This document shows positions 48,501 through 61,400 of a stretch of DNA of 64,000 bases, piece after piece (position 1 is the stretch's first letter; each line of letters starts with the position of its first letter). Location of the stretch: the NCBI GenBank assembly GCA_964016885.1, contig OZ024759.1:496001-560000 (forward strand), given 5' to 3'. The notes under the pieces were generated by a model that saw nothing but the letters and a program-made list of their open reading frames with translations, did not search any database and had not been told where the DNA came from. The position numbers and the translations under genes were made by a program. The stretch comes from Eledone cirrhosa. Taxonomy: Eukaryota.

Positions 48501-51500
48501 TAGTAACATGACACAGTCTATATTAGTAACATGACATAGTCTATATTAGTAACATGACAAAGTCTATATTAGTAACAAGACAGTCTATATTGTAACACGA
48601 CACAGTCTATATTAGTAATATGACACAGTCTATATTAGAAACATGACAGTCTATATTAGTAACATGACAAAGTCTATATTAGTAACATGACAAAGTCTAT
48701 ATTAGTAACATGACAAAGTCTATATTAGTAGCATGACACAGTCTATATTAGTAACATGACACAGTCTATATTAGTAACATGACAGTCTATATTAGTAACA
48801 TGACAAAGTCTATATTAGTAGCATGACAAAGTCTATATTAGTAACATGACACAGTCTATATTAGTAACATGACAGTCTATATTAGTAACATGACACAGTC
48901 TATATTAGTAACATGACAAAGTCTATATTAGTAGCATGACAAAGTCTATATTAGTAACATGACAGTCTATATTAGTAACATGACAAAGTCTATATTAGTA
49001 GCATGACAAATTCTATATTAGTAGCATGACACAGTCTATATTAGTAACATGACACAGTCTATATTAGTAACATGACAAAGTCTATATTAGTAGCATGACA
49101 AAGTCTATATTAGTAACATGACAAAGTCTATATTAGTAACATGACACAGTCTATATTAGTAACATGACAAAGACTATATTAGTAACATGACACAGTCTAT
49201 ATTAGTAACATGACAAAGTCTATATTAGTAACATGACAGTCTATATTAGTAACATGACAGTCTATATTAGTAGCACGACAAAGTCTATATTAGTAACATG
49301 ACAAAGTCATATTAGTAACATGACACAGTCTATATTAGTAACATGACAAAGTCTATATTAGTAACATGACACAGTCTATATTAGTAACATGACAAAGTCT
49401 ATATTAGTAACATGACAAAGTCTATATTAGTAGCATGACACAGTCTATATTAGTAACATGACACAGTCTATATTAGTAACATGACAGTCTATATTAGTAA
49501 CATGACAAAGTCTATATTAGTAGCATGACAAAGTCTATATTAGTAACATGACACAGTCTATATTAGTAACATGACAGTCTATATTAGTAACATGACAAAG
49601 TCTATATTAGTAGCATTTACAAAGTCTATATTAGTAGCATGACACAGTCTATATTAGTAACATGACACAGTCTATATTAGTAACATGACAAAGTCTATAT
49701 TAGTAGCATGACAAAGTCTATATTAGTAACATGACAAAGTCTATATTAGTAACATGACACAGTCTATATTAGTAACATGACAAAGTCTATATTAGTAACA
49801 TGAAACAGTCTATATTAGTAACATGACAAAGTCTATATTAGTAACATGACACTGTCTATATTAGTAACTTGACAAAGTCTATATTAGTAACATGACACAG
49901 TCTATATTAGTAACATGACACAGTCTATATTAGTAACATGACAAAGTCTATATTAGTAGCATGACAAAGTCTATATTAGTAACATGACAAAGTCTATATT
50001 AGTAACATGACACAGTCTATATTAGTAACATGACAAAGACTATATTAGTAACATGACACAGTCTATATTAGTAACATGACAAAGTCTATATTAGTAACAT
50101 GACAGTCTATATTCGTAACATGACAGTCTATATTAGTAGCATGACAAAGTCTATATTAGTAACATGACAAAGTCATATTAGTAACATGACACAGTCTATA
50201 TTAGTAACATGACACAGTATATATTAGTAACATGACACAGTCTATATTAGTAACATGACACAGTCTATATTAGTAACATGACAAAGTCTATATTAGTAAC
50301 ATGACAAAGTCTATATTAGTAACATGACAGTTTATATTAGTAACATGACACAGTCTATATTAGTAACATGACATAGTCTATATTAGTAACATGACAAAGT
50401 CTATATTAGTAACATGACAGTCTATATTGTAACATGACACAGTCTATATTAGTAACATGACACAGTCTATATTAGTAACATGACAGTCTATATTAGTAAC
50501 ATGACAAAGTCTATATTAGTAACATGACAAAGTCTATATTAGTAGCATGACAAAGTCTATATTAGTAACATGACAAAGTCCATATTAGTAACATGACACA
50601 GTCTATATTAGTAACATGACAAAGTCTATATTAGTAACATGACAAAGTCTATATTAGTAACATGACAAAGTCTATATTAGTAGCATGACAAAGTCTATAT
50701 TAGTAACATGACAAAGTCTATATTAGTAACATGACACAGTCTATATTAGTAACATGACAAAGTCTATATTAGTAACATGACAAAGTCTATATTAGTAACA
50801 TGAAACAGTCTATATTAGTAACATGACAAAGTCTATAATAGTAACATGACACTGTCTATATTAGTAACATGACAAAGTCTATATTAGTAACATGACACAG
50901 TCTATATTAGTAACATGACACAGTCTATATCAGTAACATGACAAAGTCTATATTAGTGGCATGACAAAGTCTATATTAGTAACATGACAAAGTCTATATT
51001 AGTAACATGACACAGTCTATATTAGTAACATGACAAATACTATATTAGTAACATGACACAGTCTATATTAGTAACATGACAAAGTATATATTAGTAACAT
51101 GACAGTCTATATTAGTAACATGACAGTCTATATTAGTAGCATGACAAAGACTATATTAGTAACATGACAAAGTCATATTAGTAACATGACACAGTCTATA
51201 TTAGTAACATGACAATGTCTATATTAGTAACATGACACAGTCTATATTAGTAACATGACACAGTCTATATTAGTAACATGACAAAGTCTATATTAGTAAC
51301 ATGACAAAGTCTATATTAGTAACATGACACAGTTTATATTAGTAACATGACACAGTCTATATTAGTAACATGACATAGTCTATATTAGTAACATGACAAA
51401 GTCTATATTAGTAACATGACAGTCTATATTGTAACATGACACAGTCTATATTAGTAACATGACACAGTCTATATTAGTAACATGACAGTCTATATTAGTA

Positions 51501-52400
51501 ACATGACAAAGTCTATATTAGTAACATGACAAAGTCTATATTAGTAACATGACAAAGTCTATATTAGTAACATGACAAAGTCTATATTAGTAACTTGACA
51601 CAGTCTATATTAGTAACATGACATAGTCTATATTAGTAGCATGACACAGTCTATATTAGTAACATGACAGAGTCTATATTAGTAACATGACAGTCTATAT
51701 TAGTAACATGACAAAGTCTATATTAGTAGCATGACAAAGTCTATATTAGTAACATGACACAGTCTATATTAGTAACATGACAATCTATATTAGTAACATG
51801 ACACAGTCTATATTAGTAACATGACAAAGTCTATATTAGTAACATGACAAAGTCTATATTAGTAACATGACACAGTCTATATTAGTAACATGACACAGTC
51901 TATATTAATAACATGACAAAGTCTATATTAGTAACATGACAAAGTCTATATTAGTAGCATGACAAAGTCTATATTAGTAACATGACAAAGTCTATATTAG
52001 TAACATGACACAGTCTATATTAGTAACATGACAAAGTCTATATTAGTAACATGACAAAGTCTATATTAGTAACATGACAGTCTATATTAGTAACATGACA
52101 AAGTCTCTATTAGTAACATGACAAAGTCTATATTAGTAACATGACAGTCTATATTAGTAACATAACAAAGTCTATATTAGTAACATGACAGTCTATATTG
52201 TAACATGACACAGTCTATATTAGTAACATGACACAGTCTATATTAGTAACATGACATAGTCTATATTAGTAACATGACAAAGTCTATATTAGTAACAAGA
52301 CAGTCCATATTGTAACACGACACAGTCTATATTAGTAATATGACACAGTCTATATTAGAAACATGACAGTCTATATTAGTAACATGACAGTCTATATTAG
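42400..52400 (+). repeat. Diverged sub-domain: three copies of a ~3.6-3.7 kb higher-order unit with private variants
   Basis: TATTCGT (~42857, 46462, 50113), AGTGGC (~43563, 47168, 50957), AAATAC (~43641, 47246, 51035), GACAGAG (~44226, 47877, 51666), AACAAGAC (44923, 48574, 52294). Offsets are 3,605/3,651 and about 3,720. Confidence 0.88.
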
Positions 52401-55400
52401 TAACATGACAAAGTCTATATTAGTAACATGACAAAGTCTATATTAGTAGCATGACAAAGTCTATATTAGTAACATGACAAAGTCTATATTAGTAACATGA
52501 CACAGTCTATATTAGTAACATGACAAAGTCTATATTAGTAACATGACAAAGTCTATATTAGTAACATGAAACAGTCTATATTAGTAACATGACAAAGTCT
52601 ATATTAGTAACATGACACTGTCTATATTAGTAACTTGACAAAGTCTATATTAGTAACATGACACAGTCTATATTAGTAACATGACACAGTCTATATTAGT
52701 AACATGACAAAGTCTATATTAGTAGCATGACAAAGTCTATATTAGTAACATGACAAAGTCTATATTAGTAACATGACACAGTCTATATTAGTAACATGAC
52801 AAAGACTATATTAGTAACATGACACAGTGTATATTAGTAACATGACAAAGTCTATATTAGTAACATGACAGTCTATATTAGTAACATGACAGTCTATATT
52901 AGTAGCACGACAAAGTCTATATTAGTAACATGACAAAGTCTATATTAGTAACATGACAGTCTATATTGTAACATGACACAGTCTATATTAGTAACATGAC
53001 ACAGTCTATATTAGTAACATGACAGTCTATATTAGTAACATGACAAAGTCTATATTAGTAACATGACAAAGTCTATATTAGTAGCATGACAAAGTCTATA
53101 TTAGTAACATGACAAAGTCCATATTAGTAACATGACACAGTCTATATTAGTAACATGACAAAGTCTATATTAGTAACATGACAAAGTCTATATTAGTAAC
53201 ATGACAAAGTCTATATTAGTAGCATGACAAAGTCTATATTAGTAACATGACAAAGTCTATATTAGTAACATGACACAGTCTATATTAGTAACATGACAAA
53301 GTCTATATTAGTAACATGACAAAGTCTATATTAGTAACATGAAACAGTCTATATTAGTAACATGACAAAGTCTATAATAGTAACATGACACTGTCTATAT
53401 TAGTAACATGACAAAGTCTATATTAGTAACATGACACAGTCTATATTAGTAACATGACACAGTCTATATCAGTAACATGACAAAGTCTATATTAGTGGCA
53501 TGACAAAGTCTATATTAGTAACATGACAAAGTCTATATTAGTAACATGACACAGTCTATATTAGTAACATGACAAATACTATATTAGTAACATGACACAG
53601 TCTATATTAGTAACATGACAAAGTATATATTAGTAACATGACAGTCTATATTAGTAACATGACAGTCTATATTAGTAGCATGACAAAGACTATATTAGTA
53701 ACATGACAAAGTCATATTAGTAACATGACACAGTCTATATTAGTAACATGACAATGTCTATATTAGTAACATGACACAGTCTATATTAGTAACATGACAC
53801 AGTCTATATTAGTAACATGACAAAGTCTATATTAGTAACATGACAAAGTCTATATTAGTAACATGACACAGTTTATATTAGTAACATGACACAGTCTATA
53901 TTAGTAACATGACATAGTCTATATTAGTAACATGACAAAGTCTATATTAGTAACATGACAGTCTATATTGTAACATGACACAGTCTATATTAGTAACATG
54001 ACACAGTCTATATTAGTAACATGACAGTCTATATTAGTAACATGACAAAGTCTATATTAGTAACATGACAAAGTCTATATTAGTAACATGACAAAGTCTA
54101 TATTAGTAACATGACAAAGTCTATATTAGTAACTTGACACAGTCTATATTAGTAACATGACATAGTCTATATTAGTAGCATGACACAGTCTATATTAGTA
54201 ACATGACAGAGTCTATATTAGTAACATGACAGTCTATATTAGTAACATGACAAAGTCTATATTAGTAGCATGACAAAGTCTATATTAGTAACATGACACA
54301 GTCTATATTAGTAACATGACAATCTATATTAGTAACATGACACAGTCTATATTAGTAACATGACAAAGTCTATATTAGTAACATGACAAAGTCTATATTA
54401 GTAACATGACACAGTCTATATTAGTAACATGACACAGTCTATATTAATAACATGACAAAGTCTATATTAGTAACATGACAAAGTCTATATTAGTAGCATG
54501 ACAAAGTCTATATTAGTAACATGACAAAGTCTATATTAGTAACATGACACAGTCTATATTAGTAACATGACAAAGTCTATATTAGTAACATGACAAAGTC
54601 TATATTAGTAACATGACAGTCTATATTAGTAACATGACAAAGTCTCTATTAGTAACATGACAAAGTCTATATTAGTAACATGACAGTCTATATTAGTAAC
54701 ATAACAAAGTCTATATTAGTAACATGACAGTCTATATTGTAACATGACACAGTCTATATTAGTAACATGACACAGTCTATATTAGTAACATGACATAGTC
54801 TATATTAGTAACATGACAAAGTCTATATTAGTAACAAGACAGTCCATATTGTAACACGACACAGTCTATATTAGTAATATGACACAGTCTATATTAGAAA
54901 CATGACAGTCTATATTAGTAACATGACAGTCTATATTAGTAACATGACAAAGTCTATATTAGTAACATGACAAAGTCTATATTAGTAGCATGACAAAGTC
55001 TATATTAGTAACATGACAAAGTCTATATTAGTAACATGACACAGTCTATATTAGTAACATGACAAAGTCTATATTAGTAACATGACAAAGTCTATATTAG
55101 TAACATGAAACAGTCTATATTAGTAACATGACAAAGTCTATATTAGTAACATGACACTGTCTATATTAGTAACTTGACAAAGTCTATATTAGTAACATGA
55201 CACAGTCTATATTAGTAACATGACACAGTCTATATTAGTAACATGACAAAGTCTATATTAGTAGCATGACAAAGTCTATATTAGTAACATGACAAAGTCT
55301 ATATTAGTAACATGACACAGTCTATATTAGTAACATGACAAAGACTATATTAGTAACATGACACAGTGTATATTAGTAACATGACAAAGTCTATATTAGT

Positions 55401-55470
55401 AACATGACAGTCTATATTAGTAACATGACAGTCTATATTAGTAGCACGACAAAGTCTATATTAGTAACAT
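50400..55470 (+). repeat. Recent tandem duplication with 2,539-bp period (~50.4-52.9 kb and ~52.95-55.47 kb)
   Basis: SNPs shared by this pair at offset 2,539: GTCCAT 50578/53117, TATAATAG ~50834/53373, TATCAG ~50928/53467, AAGTATAT ~51082/53621, GACAATG 51211/53750, AACAAGAC 52294/54833. Confidence 0.9.
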
Positions 55471-58400
55471 GACAAAGTCATATTAGTAACATGACACAGT
55501 CTATATTAGTAACATGACAAAGTCTATATTAGTAACATGACACAGTCTATATTAGTAACATGACAAAGTCTATATTAGTAACATGACACAGTCTATATTA
55601 GTAACATGACATAGTCTATATTAGTAACATGACAAAGTCTATATTAGTAGCATGACACAGTCTATATTAGTAACATGACACAGTCTATATTAGTAACATG
55701 ACAGTCTATATTAGTAACATGACAAAGTCTATATTAGTAGCATGACAAAGTCTATATTAGTAACATGACACAGTCTATATTAGTAACATGACAGTCTATA
55801 TTAGTAACATGACACAGTCTATATTAGTAACATGACGAAGTCTATATTAGTAGCATGACAAAGTCTATATTAGTAACATGACAGTCTATATTAGTAACAT
55901 GACAAAGTCTATATTAGTAACATGACAGTCTATATTAGTAACATGACAAAGTCTATATTAGTAGCATTTACAAAGTCTATATTAGTAGCATGACACAGTC
56001 TATATTAGTAACATGACACAGTCTATATTAGTAACATGACAAAGTCTATATTAGTAGCATGACAAAGTCTATATTAGTAACATGACAAAGTCTATATTAG
56101 TAACATGACACAGTCTATATTAGTAACATGACACAGTCTATATTAGTAACATGACAAAGTCTATATTAGTAGCATGACAAAGTCTATATTAGTAGCATGA
56201 CACAGTCTATATTAGTAACATGACACAGTCTATATTAGTAACATGACACAGTCTATATTAGTAACATGACAGTCTATATTAGTAACATGACACAGTCTAT
56301 ATTAGTAACATGACGAAGTCTATATTAGTAGCATGACAAAGTCTATATTAGTAACATGACAGTCTATATTAGTAACATGACAAAGTCTATATTAGTAGCA
56401 TTTACAAAGTCTATATTAGTAACATGACAAAGTCTATATTAGTAACATGACACAGTCTATATTAGTAACATGACACAGTCTATGTTAGTAACATGACAAA
56501 GTCTATATTAGTAACATGACAGTCTATATTAGTAACATGACAGTCTATATTAGTAGCACGACAAAGTCTATATTAGTAACATGACAAAGTCATATTAGTA
56601 ACATGACACAGTCTATATTAGTAACATGACAAAGTCTATATTAGTAACATGACACAGTCTATATTAGTAACATGACAAAGTCTATATTAGTAACATGACA
56701 CAGTCTATATTAGTAACATGACATAGTCTATATTAGTAACATGACAAAGTCTATATTAGTAGCATGACACAGTCTATATTAGTAACATGACAAAGTCTAT
56801 ATTAGTAACATGACACAGTCTATATTAGTAACATGACAAAAACTATATTAGTAACATGACACAGTGTATATTAGTAACATGACAAAGTCTATATTAGTAA
56901 CATGACAGTCTATATTAGTAACATGACAGTCTATATTAGTAGCACGACAAAGTCTATATTAGTAACATGACAAAGTCATATTAGTAACATGACACAGTCT
57001 ATATTAGTAACATGACAAAGTCTATATTAGTAACATGACACAGTCTATATTAGTAACATGACAAAGTCTATATTAGTAACATGACACAGTCTATATTAGT
57101 AACATGACATAGTCTATATTAGTAACATGACAAAGTCTATATTAGTAGCATGACACAGTCTATATTAGTAACATGACACAGTCTATATTAGTAACATGAC
57201 AGTCTATATTAGTAACATGACAAAGTCTATATTAGTAGCATGACAAAGTCTATATTAGTAACATGACACAGTCTATATTAGTAACATGACAGTCTATATT
57301 AGTAACATGACACAGTCTATATTAGTAACATGACGAAGTCTATATTAGTAGCATGACAAAGTCTATATTAGTAACATGACAGTCTATATTAGTAACATGA
57401 CAAAGTCTATATTAGTAGCATTTACAAAGTCTATATTAGTAGCATGACACAGTCTATATTAGTAACATGACACAGTCTATATTAGTAACATGACAAAGTC
57501 TATATTAGTAGCATGACAAAGTCTATATTAGTAACATGACAAAGTCTATATTAGTAACATGACACAGTCTATATTAGTAACATGACACAGTCTATATTAG
57601 TAACATGACAAAGTCTATATTAGTAGCATGACAAAGTCTATATTAGTAGCATGACACAGTCTATATTAGTAACATGACACAGTCTATATTAGTAACATGA
57701 CACAGTCTATATTAGTAACATGACAGTCTATATTAGTAACATGACACAGTCTATATTAGTAACATGACGAAGTCTATATTAGTAGCATGACAAAGTCTAT
57801 ATTAGTAACATGACAGTCTATATTAGTAACATGACAAAGTCTATATTAGTAGCATTTACAAAGTCTATATTAGTAACATGACAAAGTCTATATTAGTAAC
57901 ATGACACAGTCTATATTAGTAACATGACACAGTCTATATTAGTAACATGACAAAGTCTATATTAGTAACATGACAGTCTATATTAGTAACATGACAGTCT
58001 ATATTAGTAGCACGACAAAGTCTATATTAGTAACATGACAAAGTCATATTAGTAACATGACACAGTCTATATTAGTAACATGAGAAAGTCTATATTAGTA
58101 ACATGACACAGTCTATATTAGTAACATGACAAAGTCTATATTAGTAACATGACACAGTCTATATTAGTAACATGACATAGTCTATATTAGTAACATGACA
58201 AAGTCTATATTAGTAGCATGACACAGTCTATATTAGTAACATGACACAGTCTATATTAGTAACATGACAGTCTATATTAGTAACATGACAAAGTCTATAT
58301 TAGTAGCATGACAAAGTCTATATTAGTCACATGACACAGTCTATATTAGTAACATGACAGTCTATATTAGTAACATGACACAGTCTATATTAGTAACATG

Positions 58401-61400
58401 ACACAGTCTATATTAGTAACATGACAAAGTCTATATTAGTAGCATGACAAAGTCTATATTAGTAACATGACAAAGTCTATATTAGTAACATGACACAGTC
58501 TATATTAGTAACATGACAAAGTCTATATTAGTAACATGACAAAGTCTATATTAGTAACATGACACAGTCTATATTAGTAACATGACACAGTCTATATTAG
58601 TAACATGACAAAGTCTATATTAGTAGCATGACAAAGTCTATATTAGTAACATGACAAAGTCTATATTAGTAACATGACACAGTCTATATTAGTAACATGA
58701 CAAAGACTATATTAGTAACATGACACAGTCTATATTAGTAACATGACAAAGTCTATATTAGTAACATGACAGTCTATATTAGTAACATGACAGTCTATAT
58801 TAGTAGCACGACAAAGTCTATATTAGTAACATGACAAAGTCATATTAGTAACATGACACAGTCTATATTAGTAACATGACAAAGTCTATATTAGTAACAT
58901 GACACAGTCTATATTAGTAACATGACAAAGTCTATATTAGTAACATGACACAGTCTATATTAGTAACATGACTTAGTCTATATTAGTAACATGACAAAGT
59001 CTATATTAGTAGCATGACACAGTCTATATTAGTAACATGACACAGTCTATATTAGTAACATGACAGTCTATATTAGTAACATGACAAAGTCTATATTAGT
59101 AGCATGACAAAGTCTATATTAGTAACATGACACAGTCTATATTAGTAACATTACAGTCTATATTAGTAACATGACACAGTCTATATTAGTAACATGACGA
59201 AGTCTATATTAGTAGCATGACAAAGTCTATATTAGTAACATGACAGTCTATATTAGTAACATGACAAAGTCTATATTAGTAGCATTTACAAAGTCTATAT
59301 TAGTAGCATGACACAGTCTATATTAGTAACATGACACAGTCTATATTAGTAACATGACACAGTCTATATTAGTAACATGACAAAGTCTATATTAGTAGCA
59401 TGACAAAGTCTATATTAGTAACATGACAAAGTCTATATTAGTAACATGACACAGTCTATATTAGTAACATGACAAAGTCTATATTAGTAACATGACAAAG
59501 TCTATATTAGTAACATGAAACAGTCTATATTAGTAACATGACAAAGTCTATATTAGTAACATGACACTGTCTATATTAGTAACTTGACAAAGTCTATATT
59601 AGTAACATGACACAGTCTATATTAGTAACATGACACAGTCTATATTAGTAACATGACAAAGTCTATATTAGTAGCATGACAAAATCTTTATTAGTAACAT
59701 GACAAAGTCTATATTAGTAACATGACACAGTCTATATTAGTAACATGACAAAGACTATATTAGTAACATGACACAGTCTATATTAGTAACATGACAAAGT
59801 CTATATTAGTAACATGACAGTCTATATTAGTAACATGACAGTCTATATTAGTAGCATGACAAAGTCTATATTAGTAACATGACAAAGTCATATTAGTAAC
59901 ATGACACAGTCTATATTAGTAACATGACACAGTCTATATTAGTAACATGACACAGTCTATATTAGTAACATGACACAGTCTATATTAGTAACATGACAAA
60001 GTCTATATTAGTAACATGACAAAGTCTATATTAGTAACATGACAGTTTATATTAGTAACATGACACAGTCTATATTAGTAACATGACATAGTCTATATTA
60101 GTAACATGACAAAGTCTATATTAGTAACATGACAGTCTATATTGTAACATGACACAGTCTATATTAGTAACATGACACAGTCTATATTAGTAACATGACA
60201 GTCTATATTAGTAACATGACAAAGTCTATATTAGTAACATGACAAAGTCTATATTAGTAGCATGACAAAGTCTATATTAGTAACATGACAAAGTCTATAT
60301 TAGTAACATGACACAGTCTATATTAGTAACATGACACAGTCTATATTAGTAACATGACAAAGTCTATATTAGTAGCATGACAAAGTCTATATTAGTAACA
60401 TGACAAAGTCTATATTAGTAACATGACACAGTCTATATTAGTAACATGACAAAGTCTATATTAGTAACATGACAAAGTCTATATTAGTAACATGAAACAG
60501 TCTATATTAGTAACATGACAAAGTCTATATTAGTAACATGACACTGTCTATATTAGTAACTTGACAAAGTCTATATTAGTAACATGACACAGTCTATATT
60601 AGTAACATGACACAGTCTATATTAGTAACATGACAAAGTCTATATTAGTAGCATGACAAAGTCTATATTAGTAACATGACAAAGTCTATATTAGTAACAT
60701 GACACAGTCTATATTAGTAACATGACAAAGACTATATTAGTAACATGACACAGTCTATATTAGTAACATGACAAAGTCTATATTAGTAACATGACAGTCT
60801 ATATTAGTAACATGACAGTCTATATTAGTAGCATGACAAAGTCTATATTAGTAACATGACAAAGTCATATTAGTAACATGACACAGTCTATATTAGTAAC
60901 ATGACAAAGTCTATATTAGTAACATGACACAGTCTATATTAGTAACATGACAAAGTCTATATTAGTAACATGACACAGTCTATATTAGTAACATGACATA
61001 GTCTATATTAGTAACATGACAAAGTCTATATTAGTAGCATGACACAGTCTATATTAGTAACATGACACAGTCTATATTAGTAACATGACAGTCTATATTA
61101 GTAACATGACAAAGTCTATATTAGTAGCATGACAAAGTCTATATTAGTAACATGACACAGTCTATATTAGTAACATGACAGTCTATATTAGTAACATGAC
61201 ACAGTCTATATTAGTAACATGACGAAGTCTATATTAGTAGCATGACAAAGTCTATATTAGTAACATGACAGTCTATATTAGTAACATGACAAAGTCTATA
61301 TTAGTAGCATTTACAAAGTCTATATTAGTAGCATGACACAGTCTATATTAGTAACATGACACAGTCTATATTAGTAACATGACAAAGTCTATATTAGTAG

